Below, one piece after another: positions 1-12,319 of a DNA stretch of 39,743 nt (position 1 is the first letter of the stretch; the number at the start of each line of letters is the position of its first letter). The translations under genes and the position numbers were made by a program. The notes under the pieces are model-generated. The model was not told the origin of the DNA, ran no database searches, and saw only the letters and a program-made list of their open reading frames with translations. This DNA is from Asterionella formosa (taxonomy: Eukaryota), in NCBI GenBank assembly GCA_002256025.1, contig NKIB01009122.1:62001-101743 (forward strand), in the 5' to 3' direction.

Positions 1-2
1 AA

Positions 3-731
3 ACTCTGGAGGGTCGCATTGAAAAGTGGCTGGCTTCGCAAAAGAAAGGCTTCTTCCGAGGGGATAAGGAAATTGTTTCTAGAGTCAACACTTCTGCACT
101 GGGTATCGCTTGCGGTATGCAGTACTTGCACAAGAAAGGCATTATTTTCAGAGATATGAAACCTCAGAATATCGGATTTTCTCCTGATGGCGAAGTCAAA
201 ATATTTGACCTTGGGATCGCTCGGGAGGTTCAACAGTGTCGTGCAACGAATCAAAAGCTCGGGTTTGCTGGAACACCTCGCTATATGGCTCCCGAAGTTG
301 GTAGAGGTGAATTATATGATATGAGCGCAGATGTGTACTCATTCGGTCTTGTTTTATGGGAAATCTCCACATTACTTCGTCCATTCCGTAAAATGAGTTC
401 TCTTGGTGACTATCAGAAAATGGTTGTTGAGGGAGGCAAGCGTCCGCGCATTGGCAAGGTCAGGCATGCAGGACTGAGAGACTTAATTGTGGCATGCTGG
501 TCGGACTTTCCAGACAAGCGACCATCGTTTGAAATCATCGTCGGAAGACTTGACGAGATTTGTGGACACACTAAGACTCCGTCCAAGCTGTCGAGGCATT
601 CCAAAATTCAGGTGCGACAATCATCTTTGCCTAGTGACGCCTTAACAGAGACAGAGTCATCGATGGAAGCACTCAGTATTGGAGTAAGCTCTTCAAACCA
701 CTGCAATAACGACCCCAAGGTGGCCACGTAG
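3..731 (+). CDS. Protein kinase (TKL-like), C-terminal part; gene starts upstream of the window
   Basis: The frame is open from position 3 (TLEGRIEKW...IACGMQYLH). It contains the catalytic loop IIFRDMKPQN, DLG, GTPRYMAPEV, DVYSFGLVLWEI and CWSDFPDKRPSF, then a Ser-rich tail. Confidence 0.92.
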   Translation, partial: TLEGRIEKWLASQKKGFFRGDKEIVSRVNTSALGIACGMQYLHKKGIIFRDMKPQNIGFSPDGEVKIFDLGIAREVQQCRATNQKLGFAGTPRYMAPEVGRGELYDMSADVYSFGLVLWEISTLLRPFRKMSSLGDYQKMVVEGGKRPRIGKVRHAGLRDLIVACWSDFPDKRPSFEIIVGRLDEICGHTKTPSKLSRHSKIQVRQSSLPSDALTETESSMEALSIGVSSSNHCNNDPKVAT

Positions 732-1647
732 TATCACAAACATACACACAATGTTTATTAATTTAAGTCTTTTTTGCTACAAATGCTCGAAGGCGCAGTG
801 TAATCGCATACAGTCACGTTCCATGAATTGAACCAGTCTACGAGTACATTGTTCTACATTGGTAGCCCGACTTTTGTATACATGACATCAGGAAAGGTTC
901 CCCTTTGTTACTGGTAATACCTAGTCTACTTCTTGCCAAGCATTTTGTCTTGACAGCAAAATCAAGTAGTGTCAAAAAACCAAAGAAGCGAACTTCCTTC
1001 TGCTTTGTTGTCTTTCTGCAGCAATCGTCAGTGGTGAGACAACCAAGATTTGGGAGGGTTTGTCACTATATTGAGGGTGAGTCACATGTCTACTGGTAGA
1101 CATGAGGTACTCAACATAATCCAAATGACCAGTAGTCTACTAAGAAGAAATCGCCATCAAGATCTGAAGCAAGCTCAACTGTCTATTCTCGAAAAGGGGA
1201 TAGGAGGGCCAAGTCTGTCATGCCAATAGGCAGTTGAAAGATGGCTGGTTGTAGCTATGCTTCAGCCACAGTGGTGGGAACTGACTTTTGCATCCCCAGC
1301 CCAACAAGCATGGTGACTTTGGGTGCTGCAAGGCAGGGAAAGGGTGGATACATTCTCTCAAATGAGAGTAGTGGGACTTATGTGTGCTGTGTACTATGCC
1401 ATATTCTGGAAGTGGTGAGTTCTTCTGTCCCCAAATCTTGATGACTGAGGAGAAGGCAGATGACTTGGTTTGATCTTGTAATGAGACAATTATTTGCCTT
1501 TCACATGTTTGCCTCGCCTTTTGTGGTATTTATGGCAGACTCTGATATTATTGTGCAGCTTTAGGATCTGTTTGGATCAAAACAAAATTTGGTGACATGA
1601 TCATCATGACTCTTAATGAATGAATAATGCATCTTATGTAATTCCTG

Positions 1648-1912
1648 CCATTTTTGTCAAGCTCCTTGAGTTTTTCGTATTTTCTGTTGATTTTTTCATG
1701 TGTTCATAGCTTGTTGCATGCACTGTAGTTATTGTGTAGCTCGAAACGCCGGTGCAAACCCGCTTCTGATGCCAGGACATCGACAATGCGCTCTTCAATT
1801 GAATGATGGCTGCATGTTGTTTCATTCCAGTCATTTTCGTCAAGCTCCTTGAGTTTCTTGTTGTTTCTGTTGGTGATTCTTTCATGTATTTGTAGATGAT
1901 TGCATACAGTGC
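1648..1912. repeat. Diverged direct duplication, about 80 bp units with a period of about 180 bp
   Basis: CATTTTTGTCAAGCTCCTTGAGTTTTTCGTATTTTCTGTTGA (~1649) versus CATTTTCGTCAAGCTCCTTGAGTTTCTTGTTGTTTCTGTTGG (~1832). Confidence 0.75.
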
Positions 1913-3126
1913 CGTGATTTGGTAGCAAGAGTGGTCTGATTTGATTGTGTGGCTGTAAATATGCATTGCCATCCATGGCAAGAGGGGCTGCTCACCAGTG
2001 CTAGTAGGATCGCTGTGATATGAGTACTAGTTTTGTTTCATTTGTTTACATATTGATGCTTTGACAAAATAGTATACCGGTACTGGTGGTGGTATGTAGT
2101 CTTTACATATTTACTAATACCGTTAGTACTGTATGTAGCTATACTGGTGAACTAATGCAATACACATATAGATTTATTGTTAATTGTTCTACATGTATGT
2201 ATGTATTAGCTATGTTCCTGGAACATGATGTTTTCCAATACCAGAAGTAGTACTGCTGGCAACATCAGCCATGACAATTATGACATGCCCTCTATAGTAA
2301 ACAGATAAAACATGAATTATAGTAAATCAATTGTTGTTTTCAGCTGCCGATGTTGTACATTATGTCTACTTGGTGTACGGCGGTTATGTACAAACAATTT
2401 GGGTTTGGATCCGGCAATAAATCATGGAAATGTTGTCACTGCAGTCGAGCGCCATTTTGCTTCCTCCGATTTTCTATTTTAGCGATTTTCCAATGAATAT
2501 CAAAGCTAAATGAACATTTGTTTCACTACTTGCTAGCGATACTTGTATCCTATCTACGAAAGTAATAAAAGTGTTCAGCAGCTGTACGAAATTAGAGATT
2601 AACTATCGTTGTTTATCATGGTCTGTTTAATGGTAAAGGGGAATTTCCTTTTTTCGATTCAGCCTTGCATGTATAAATAAGTATGCATTTAAAACATGCA
2701 TGTTGTGTTTGCTCATATGATGCATAGTATGTACCACAGCCGTTTGCACTTCTGTACATTCAAAGTATGAAATGCATGTTAGCAAGGAGATTTCTGGAAT
2801 AAGTAATCTTGACATTCAGAATTGAGATGGGGGGGAACCCACAAATCGTAGCAAGGTTTGAAAATGGTTTTTTCAAAAAATCATTTGTTAAAACTAGCTT
2901 TTGATAAAATTGAAATTAATGGGCCAGCGTGAAACCATTAGAAATTTCTGAATGTTGAATTAATATTGCCAGAGGAGTCGAATTTGACTGCCTGCCAGTG
3001 CCTAATTTCAGTTTCAGCGAAATGACTGCAACTTCCTGGTACCAGGCAGATTGCAGTAAATGAAAACTTTAGCTGTTTTTTCATAGTAAAAGCGTCTTTT
3101 ACCACTACTCTCTCTGCTACCAGGTA

Positions 3127-3869
3127 CTCCCTCTGTTCATGTATAGTTGCAACATGCTCAGCAACTAATCCAGCTTGTTCCATATCTTTTTATGAGTCCC
3201 CATGCACTGTAGAAGCAATATGCCTTGTCTACGCAAAACCACGCAGGGTACATGTAGGTCGGTTAGATTTGTATATTTAGACAAGCATTAACACTAAATA
3301 GCAATACTTGTGGATGGATTAGGGCCATTTTACTGACCTGTGTCTGTGATTGCAATATTGGCTATTACTAGCTAGCTATCAAAGAGATATAGCTAAATAA
3401 ACCAATGTGCATGCATTTCTGGAAAAATGTGTTTTTTACCGACATTGAATATTATAGCTAACATTTTGTGCATGCCTGGATTTATGGATGAGCTAGCCAT
3501 CTATGTCATCAGTCTCATCAGCCTGCCTCCCTTTTGATTTTGAGAAGTGAGCAATCAATGATGGATTGTTGCTGCTCTGGCTGGTGCTCAATCCTTCTTC
3601 TTGTGTCTATTGATGAATGAAGGTTTAATGAAAGGGGGGGGTCCAGAGCAAACATTCCAATTGGGGCATGATTTAATGAAAAACATGCCAAGAAATGGAG
3701 GTCAGGTTCAACTAATTCTTAGACTACTTAGAACATATATTATATGCACCATTCAATTCGGAATAATTATTAAATAGGAAGGGCTGTGAGCCATAGAATT
3801 ATTGGAGCTTGCGCTTCATGAGAGGCAGTGACCTAAAGTTTGGTTGCAACTATACTGCAACAGAGGGAA
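3127..3869. mobile_element. Degenerate Stowaway/Tc1-mariner-type MITE
   Basis: The left end is TA|CTCCCTCTGTTCATGTATAGTTGCAAC. The reverse complement of the right end is TTCCCTCTGTTGCAGTATAGTTGCAAC (23/27 match). The interior is AT-rich and non-coding, and the right TA has decayed to CA. Confidence 0.7.
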
Positions 3870-4946
3870 CAGAACTGAATTTATATCTATTCTTTTGTCT
3901 TGGTTTAACCATGGCTTATGTATTACACTACCGGTATCTCGTACCAGTACATACACCGGTAAACATACATACATACTACAGGTAGTCCACTCTGGCAGGG
4001 AGTCGAAGGAAATGGTGCTTACATTATGCCATGTAGTATTACCATACAGTTGCCATATATTTTCCATATTCTCTCATGTCCCGTAACTCCGACTACCGGT
4101 AAATATGTACTGCGAGTACCGGTAATCAAATTGAAAACAGCGACCGCATTCTTTTATTTCTTTGTTTATCGTCCACCTGCCCGGGCTCCCTCGGTGGCAC
4201 TTTGGGAATGAAACTGCCGGTACTCCTTGGATCGGGTTAGCGCCTCCTATTTTTTGGCAGGAGTTTGTCCACATGGAAATTGGTGTCATGTGGCATAACG
4301 GTATGTAGCATCTTCAGGTACCAGGTACTCCAACTTCTCAAAAACGAGGATCGGAACTTATTGTGTGATATGGATCAGTCTTGTTAAGGGAAACCAGATG
4401 TTATACAGTAATCATATCTGAATACATTAATTGAAATCTTTCAAGGGATTCATTCTAATTAAGTCGGTTCCAAGGGTAGAAACAACCGGGATCTCTTGTT
4501 CGTATATATTCATTACGTAGTTTTGAGTCTTCGAATATGCACTCTTACGCGGTAACATGGCAGACTAAGAAGCATTGAATTCGAGGAGGGCTAGGTACAG
4601 ACAGTCTTAGCAGAGAGTCCGCAATCCTTACTCCGACTGGCTTGCTAGTTCGAGCCGAATGGAATCCGAAGTCTCCTTTTGCAAGACCAATTCTCCGCGA
4701 TTGATCTTGTAGACACCTGCTTGGACGATGATTGAGTCTGTTATACAATGAAATAAAGTGTGCTTCGACCGACAAACACTGTGAATAGGACAACGAAAGC
4801 CGTTGTGCTCCCGTTGACGGTTCAAGACTTCTCCGAGACATTTCCAGTGTAACTTGTCACCATTTCATTGCTGAGAAAGTAAAGGCGGTGTTTTATATTT
4901 TCCATATCTCGTTCATCCTGAGATTGTGCTCTGCTTTTCGGATCTG

Positions 4947-6543
4947 ATGCCGCATCCGCCCATGAGAGGCCCCCCTCCGGCCGATTCATACGGACCGCCA
5001 CCAGGTCGCGACATGCGTCCTCAATACCGCTATCAGAACGAGCACTATGGGCATTCACAAGGCCCCCCGCCTCCTCCTGCTCAACGGTACCATCCGAACA
5101 ACGCCATGCGAGTGCCTCCTCCGCACTATCACGAGCAGTTCCAGGGTCCTCCCCCGCCTGGTTATTACCCCCGAGGCGATCCTGGCTATGGAGCACCGTC
5201 TCCTGGGCCATGGAGGGACGAATCGCTTCGCCGTACGCCCTCATATCCACCGCGCTACGAGTACGGGCGTGACATGCCTCCACTTCACGAAGAGCAGCAG
5301 CGCTACCATGCTACTCCGAGAGGGCCACCTCCTGGTCTCTATATGCCATCAATGCAGCATTCGTCACCTAGAGAAGGCCCCCCTCCCTTGAGAATGAATT
5401 CTCGCCAAGGACGGTCAGTTCCTGAACCTCAGTTCAAACGCTCCAAGGACTCGCTTTCAAATTCCAAGGCAACCACTTCCATTTCTACCGATGTCAAGAA
5501 AACTTCGTCCAAGGAATCGAAAGGAAAGAAAAAGGGCGACGCTCTCGATCTTCTTGCCAAGGTGTCATCGGCAATGACGGAAGATGAAGAAAGTGATGGT
5601 GGCACGGAGGCAACAGCAGAGACGAAGCCTCCTGATGCAGGACGTGAATCGACGCAACAGACGACTACCCCACCTCGTCACCATATTTCGACGCCTCCCA
5701 AGTCATCGCACGTGTACACTGCAAAGATGGGATATGCTCCGGAACACAATGCGGCTCGTCAGATTACTCCCAATACAGACCAACGCCGTCGTCCACCTGC
5801 TCACTACCACGACCCTTATGCCAGACACACGCCCCGTGACAATTACGGGCCCGCCCGTGACTTTTATCCACCTCCACCCTACTACCCACGCAGTCACTCT
5901 CCGCCGGCGGTCATTTCACAGCGAAACTCATTCGAGGATGGTATGGGAATGGGACAAGAGGTTGTGTACTACGAAGGAGGGTCTGCGGATATGATGGACA
6001 TTGACCATCCACCACCACATCAAGGGCATTATGAGCGATACCCTGTGCGACCTGAACACTACCCCCCACACCTTCCGCCACCGCCATTGCCGTACACGTT
6101 TGTACAGCAACCCCGGATGGAAAATAAGACCATTCTTCGCAAGAAGTTTTCTTGGAAGCACTACCCTGAGGTATGCAATATTCTCGTTCTAGGCGAATGA
6201 CATTCATGTATTCCCAGATTTGCACAGTCTCACATGTTTGTATCCATTCCAATTACAGCTCGAACGTTTCTTGATTGCGAATCGTGACGAGTATCTTCGT
6301 CATTCAGCCCTCAACTACACAGCGGAACAAAAGCAGTACAATAATTGGCTGACAGAACGCCTTTTAGAATTGGCCGCCCGTCATCACTACATTTTCGACG
6401 CGGAAGAATTTAACTTTGTAGCTGTGAGGGATAGGATCCGGTGCTATTACAAATCCTACGTGCAAACATCACGCAAGCGGGGACATCCACTAACAGCACC
6501 ATCACCGGTAGCCAAGAAGAAGACTGCAGGGGCAGCCGAATAA
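4947..6543 (+). CDS. Pro/His/Tyr-rich protein with a conserved-looking C-terminal globular domain (putative nuclear regulator); exons 4947-6170 and 6259-6543
   Basis: A phase-0 GT..AG intron at 6171-6258 (88 nt) joins LRKKFSWKHYPE to LERFLIANRDEYLRHSALNY...RDRIRCYYKSYVQ. The first in-frame ATG is at 4947. Confidence 0.85.
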
Positions 6544-8840
6544 CTTGGGACAAAAGTTCGCGCCAATTCCCGAAATGTTGTTGCTGCGACTATGAAAAAG
6601 GGTATCCGTAAAGAATAGTTTATGTTTTCATACATGAATACGAGGTCATTATATGCGCTGAATTAAGGTCCAATGATCTATTGCTTGCCTGTGGGAACAT
6701 TTTAGAATGCGTTGCTTGGTTTAGGATAGCGGCGAAGCAACAAAACGAATTCTCAGCTGTGGTGTTCACCAATCACAAGACGTCAGATCTTTCGGCTACA
6801 GTTTTAATGAACCACATTGGATTCAACCACTCTGAAATCATTTATTTTCATGGTGACAAACTCCATTGCTGCGACTGACTGTTTCATCAATACAAGCACA
6901 TTTGCTGTAACTGCTTCATCATTACAGGTGTAGCTGGGTGTGGGGCAATCTTCAACCCCGTTCAAGATGCTGAAACTAGGATTACATTAATGAAAAAAAC
7001 TAGGATTACATTAATGGTTGAATTTTCATGGTACGGCCAGTTCCAGGTAATGCGATCTGAGTTGAAATGCAACCAAAAGATGGTAAGATTGCAATACTGA
7101 AGGCACTCAGAACATTCAGTTAGAAAAAATTTGGTTTGAATCCATGGCATGCACATTTCACTACAGTCAACACGGTTCAATATAATGGTAATGGACTGCT
7201 GCCATGTCCTGTGTAGAATAATTCCAGAGGCCTACAGGCGCTAATCCTTGCTGTAATGAATTTTCTGTACCAATTAACAATAACAGGGTGTGACAGTACC
7301 CAGAGAAGAATTGCCTGGTAATGCCTGCATACCATTCAATTACTGGCATAAATGTAGTTTACACCATGTATGAATCCATGTTTCAGTATGCAGTTGCCTT
7401 CCATAAGCTAGTTTTCCTGATGTCAGAAATGCAATAAACTAAGGTAGGAGAAGTCCATTGTCCCTATCTGACTGTTTAGTGTGATTATCATATTGTCTTA
7501 TTTGACCAAATTGAGTTCCTAACCCAATTCAACCTCATTGTTCCTCACCTTACTTCTCAGATTCTAGTAGATTATTGGAGACATGATGACAAAATTTTCC
7601 ATTCACATGTTATAACTTGCCTTCGTTCTGCTGAATACCCAAGCGATGATTCATCCATTGTGAACCCCTTCTCAAATATTCTTCCAAACATTCCTAACTT
7701 GCCGATGTTAACAATACAACTAAATGTTCTTTCTTAAATAAGTATTTTGCTTGTGCAACAAGTAGTTCCAGCCATAACATGATAAATACCGGAATTTGAA
7801 GAACCGAGAGGATGTTCTAGTTAGGCAAATGCAATGGGGATGGGTACAGGACAGTGAAGCATACAGAGTGGTCATATATTATATTGGGAAGCTAGGGAAA
7901 AGTTTAGTGCTGGTTAAGCAGGCAGGTTGTCTTTGTAAAAAAATTGTGGGATTGGTTCCTGTTTTTCTGAGAAGCAACTGTTGTTGGGTTCGACTTGTCC
8001 CACACTCAGCTCACTTGCTCCTTACTGTCCCTCATGGTCTTGCCAGGTCTGCAAGAAAAGTTGGTTTCCTCCATCACCCCCCCCCCCCTACAAGCTCCAT
8101 AGGTGGTCAGAGTTTCCCCTGACATTGTGGCTAAGATGACCATCTTTTGCAAAAGGTGTTGGGGACTGACCTATGCTAACAAAACTAGGAAAGCACAGCA
8201 GGTTTAGTTACCAGGCAGCACAATGAATACTTGCCTAGAAATAGGGAGGGAAGTAGGAATGGGCTACTATGAACCAGCATATCATTTTATACTAGAGGTA
8301 TAGGTACATTTGTATGACCAATTTGGAAGTAGCACTTTTATGTTGTACAATGATCCTTCAGCAAACTACAAAAGATGAGGGAGCACGCCATGCTTTGATT
8401 ATGTACATATTCATGGATATTTACATATCAATGTTATGAAGTTTGGAGCAGCCTTGTGCACACGACACCCATAAATATTCTTTTAAAACTGTCTGTACTA
8501 CAGCACAGTAACGGGTCTCCGTTAGCTACTAATAATATCTGGTACCTGGTACCTGGTACTCTGAGTACATTGGATACCACTCCGAAGTACCTGGTACCGT
8601 AGCCTTGCCACATGCACATGAACGTGTCATCGAAATACAAAGCACAGCAGTACCGAGTAGCAGGTGTCACCATTATGAGCGACGAAGCTGAAGCCGCGAG
8701 GGTGAACATCTCTAGCTACAGGCCAGCCAGTGCAGAAGTGTGCATGTGGTTACTATCAGGTACCTGGTACCCTGGGTAGCTGATACTCCGAGTATTCTTT
8801 GTATGTACCTGCATGTACTCCGTGCTTCATAGTGGCTGGT

Positions 8841-8868
8841 CAAGCAACAGCAACAACAACAACAATAA
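8841..8868 (+). repeat. Short imperfect (CAA/CAG)n microsatellite upstream of the DUF6824 gene
   Basis: caagcaacagcaacaacaacaacaataa. Confidence 0.6.
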
Positions 8869-9005
8869 TCTCAAACAGCCGGCGCAAATGGCGGTACAAC
8901 ACCTATAACACCCCGTTCCGTTGACGCTATCCCTCGTTAATTTACACTAATACGTTTCTAGAACACTCTCCAATTGCTCTCATCCTCGAGAAAGCAGAAT
9001 ACAGA

Positions 9006-10397
9006 ATGTCAGATAATGAACACAATAGCGATCCAGACGACGGGGCAAAAGAAATCGATGAAGAACCTCACGAAAGTGATGTTTTGTGTGGAAGGGGTGG
9101 CGCTGCGCTTCGTCATCCAGGGAATCAAACATATCGTAGATTGGTCCATCTCAACAAGGGTTTATACATTACTTGTCTGAAGGCTGAGAAACTTAAGATC
9201 AGCAGAAGTATTGTCGCCGCAATTCGAGAGCAAAACGGACGATTTTTGGAACGAGATCCAAAAAAGGGTACTTGGTATGACATTGGGGACAAGAAGGCCA
9301 TGGAGAAGACCTCTCAAGCGTTAAGGGAAGGTCAACCAAAATTACGCCAAAAAATTGTAGAATTTGGAGGCGGGGCTGCAGGAGCAGCGGCCATGTTGGA
9401 GAGTCAATTTCCTGGAGGCCAGCTGTACAACCTTCATCAACACCCCGGACCTGCTTGCAATATGCTTGTTAAGGGTAGTGATCAGATTATAGACCAGATG
9501 GCGCAAGCGCTTGATCTGAATGCGCAAATCGAGAAGCAGCTGCAGAGCCAACAAGAACAATATGAGAGCCAGCAATCACAAGGGCATCAGCATCAACACG
9601 ACGATAGTAATGATGACATGTTTCAACGACTTTCTCTTAGTGAAATTCAAGAGGAACCCTCCTTCCACCAAAACAATTACCCAAATATAACAGCTCGAGG
9701 TTCCATGGTTGCGGCGGATCTCGGAATTGAATCGACGTTTTCACTATTAAGTGACTATAGCAGTTACGGTATGGCGGAATCTCAACTTGCATTGGAAACT
9801 CAGCAGCAGGCATTCACCATGAGCAACACGTTGCCTCAGCAACAGAGTAGTTCCAACCATATGGGACCACCTGAAGATATGTCTCCCGGTGGCGCATCTA
9901 ACCACCAACAGGCAAAACTGGCATTTACGAAATTGGACAGGCGTAAGCATTTTGCAATAATGAAGTATTCCAGACCAGCCTCAGGAAGATCTTCATCTGG
10001 ATCCTCTCTGAATTTAATAAATTCGCAGCAAAGCTTGGGAACAGATGGTATGCCAGATATCCATCTCGTTGAATCAGCTCCCAGTTTGCTTAGCAACACA
10101 AGCAGTGTAGGAAGTGAGAAGGTGGATGCCACTGGTGCTAAAATCCCTGATGTGGCAAATATCTTTGAATCTCGCCGGTCCATGATGAGTGGGTTGTCTA
10201 AAATCAGTGACACCTCTGAAGTCAATTCTATCTTTTCTGATCTCAGCAGGAAGATTGGAAATATATCCACTCGATCTATTGCCATGAGTGAAATTTCAAA
10301 CATGGATGATCATGGTGATATCGATAATTTGAGTGTCGAGGACAGCGAAAAATTGCACTCTGTCGCTAGTCAGCGGATGCCAATGGATTTTGATTAG
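9006..10397 (+). CDS. DUF6824-domain protein with a long Gln/Ser-rich disordered tail
   Basis: N-terminal motifs DVLCGRGG..HPGNQTYR..IVAAIREQNGRFL..WYDIGDKKAMEKTSQALRE are typical of this diatom-expanded family. Single 463-aa ORF. Confidence 0.88.
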   Translation: MSDNEHNSDPDDGAKEIDEEPHESDVLCGRGGAALRHPGNQTYRRLVHLNKGLYITCLKAEKLKISRSIVAAIREQNGRFLERDPKKGTWYDIGDKKAMEKTSQALREGQPKLRQKIVEFGGGAAGAAAMLESQFPGGQLYNLHQHPGPACNMLVKGSDQIIDQMAQALDLNAQIEKQLQSQQEQYESQQSQGHQHQHDDSNDDMFQRLSLSEIQEEPSFHQNNYPNITARGSMVAADLGIESTFSLLSDYSSYGMAESQLALETQQQAFTMSNTLPQQQSSSNHMGPPEDMSPGGASNHQQAKLAFTKLDRRKHFAIMKYSRPASGRSSSGSSLNLINSQQSLGTDGMPDIHLVESAPSLLSNTSSVGSEKVDATGAKIPDVANIFESRRSMMSGLSKISDTSEVNSIFSDLSRKIGNISTRSIAMSEISNMDDHGDIDNLSVEDSEKLHSVASQRMPMDFD

Positions 10398-11150
10398 TGA
10401 GAGAATGATGGAAGGACGACGAACAGGGCGAAAATGGATTTCAACCAGATTTCTTGGAGATATGTCGAGATGAATGCGAGAATTTGTAAACACGCAAAAC
10501 TGTGGAAGATTTGCTTGTAAGTTTATGGTTTAGTTTTTTCTGAAGGATATTAATTTGAGACATGTTCATCTCTGGGTGGTGCGTGGGCAAATAAAACGTA
10601 ACCATAGGGACCATGGGTTGCACCCGGGCAAAAGACCCCACCTGTACTAATCCTCCCGTCCTACTCAGGTGTATTACAAGCAAGCTGAGCGAAGTATCGC
10701 TATATATAGTCTACCGGTATTTTCACCCCCTTCGTCTCGGAGTTTTGTATTTTAGATATTGTATTGCCTTGTTTTATGTATTAGCTATATTATGCAAATT
10801 GTATATAGCATGGATATTATGAAATATGGAGTGCGTATGTAGTTTTACGGAAATATGGCAGGCAGCCAGGAGGCAGCCGATCGTCAAAGACGCCCTTTTC
10901 CCTCCACGTGGTGCTCGAGTGAGTAGTGCAACCTACCCATGTACTGAGTATACCGGTGCTTACGTAGTAAGCGACCAATCGTCCCGTAGTGCGTCAGATA
11001 TTCACTCGGACGACTGCTTTGTCGCCACAAAAAAAAGCCTAGAACAAAGGGGTTCCTCTGCTTCCTTCTATATGTACCGGTACGTATTGGAATACATAAA
11101 ACAATATATGATACGTGGTATTGGCAGTCCCGATTATATGTATGTGACAT

Positions 11151-11299
11151 GTAGGTAACAGGTACCTGGTACCAGGTACCAGGAAGTACCGGTGGTAGTA
11201 TGCTATGTCAAAGAAAACCGGTGTCCTCATCGATAGGATACGTATGGTACCAGGTACCAGGTACCATACCAGGAACCACCAGGTACCGGGTACTCCAGG
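11151..11299. repeat. GGTACCW / TACCGGTA array immediately upstream of tsf (one of about ten such fields in the window)
   Basis: GGTACCT-GGTACCA-GGTACCA at 11161-11181 and (GGTACCA)x3 at 11246-11266. The field ends about 45 bp before the ATG. Confidence 0.85.
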
Positions 11300-11344
11300 C
11301 ATAACAATATCCTCACCTCAAACATCAAAACGAAAGTGCCAACC

Positions 11345-12319
11345 ATGAAGACCACCTGCCTTGTCACACTCATTGTTCTCTCATCAGTTTCGGCATTTAG
11401 CCCTGCTGCTTTCACAAGGAATGCCAGAACCACCACTTTTCTGAATGCTGAGGTCACTACTGCATTGATCAAGGAGCTTCGTGAGACCACCGGCGCGGGT
11501 ATGATGGACTGCAAGAAGGCGCTCATTGCGGTGGATGGCGATTTCGAGCAAGCCTTGGCTGACTTGCGAAAGAAGGGTCTAGCCAAGGCCGATAAAAAGG
11601 CAAGTCGTGTTGCCGCCGAAGGAAAGATCGTCGCCGCCTCTAGTGGAGACAAGGCTGTCTTGGTCGAAGTAAACTGCGAGACGGACTTTGTGGCTAAAGA
11701 TGGCACGTTCTTGCAGTTTGCTGATTCTGTAGCAAAAGCTGCTCTTGAATCTGGAAGTGAAGACTTGGATACAGTCATGGGATCAAATATGGGTTCATCT
11801 ACGGTTGAGGAGGCTCGTCAAGCTATTGTTGCCAAGATTGGAGAGAACATTCAAGTTCGTCGCGTGTCCGGAATGGGAGGTCCTGAATCAACCGTTGGAA
11901 CCTATGTCCACATGGGAAAGATTGGAGTCATGGTTGAATTGCAGGGTGGTACCGAGGAACTTGCCACTGATGTTGCCATGCATGTTGCTGCTATGAACCC
12001 CGCTTATGCAACTCAAGATGATGTCCCGGCCGATGCCATTGAGAAGGAACGTGCTATTCTTATTTCGCAAGTAGAGGACTCTGGTAAGCCAGAAGAGATT
12101 ATCAAGAAGATGATCGATGGACGCATTCGCAAGTACTTGGAGGAAATCTGTTTGGTCAGTCAGACTTACGTCAAGACCAACGACAAGACTGTCGGCAAAC
12201 TGCTTGCAGATGCCGGTGCCAAGATGGTCGGATTCAAGCGTCTTAATGTCGGTGAGGGTATCGAGAAGAAGACGGAAGATTTCGCCGCTGAGGTCGCCAA
12301 GATGGCCAGTGGAAAATAA
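11345..12319 (+). CDS. tsf: Translation elongation factor Ts, nucleus-encoded and plastid-targeted
   Basis: Motifs IKELRETTGAGMMDCKKAL, AAEG, EVNCETDFVAK, KIGENIQVRR and DVAMHVAAMNP. The N-terminus is a signal peptide followed by VSA-FSP (ASAFAP-type cleavage motif) and a transit peptide. Confidence 0.97.
   Translation: MKTTCLVTLIVLSSVSAFSPAAFTRNARTTTFLNAEVTTALIKELRETTGAGMMDCKKALIAVDGDFEQALADLRKKGLAKADKKASRVAAEGKIVAASSGDKAVLVEVNCETDFVAKDGTFLQFADSVAKAALESGSEDLDTVMGSNMGSSTVEEARQAIVAKIGENIQVRRVSGMGGPESTVGTYVHMGKIGVMVELQGGTEELATDVAMHVAAMNPAYATQDDVPADAIEKERAILISQVEDSGKPEEIIKKMIDGRIRKYLEEICLVSQTYVKTNDKTVGKLLADAGAKMVGFKRLNVGEGIEKKTEDFAAEVAKMASGK

Noticed and set aside
2540..2980. Possible fourth MITE ending in ...TATTGCCAGAGGAGT
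   Set aside because: Only a weak resemblance to the TIR, and no partner end was identified.
4382..4778. Possible solo LTR (TGTT...AACA with AATAAA)
   Set aside because: No matching target-site duplication and no second copy in the window.
6900..8400. Decayed coding-like sequence between genes
   Set aside because: Only short broken ORFs with no motif I can recognise.
11151..11299. GGTACCA arrays as a CRISPR array or telomeric repeat
   Set aside because: There is no repeat-spacer structure and no cas genes in this eukaryotic context. The units are short, palindromic, of mixed orientation and interstitial.
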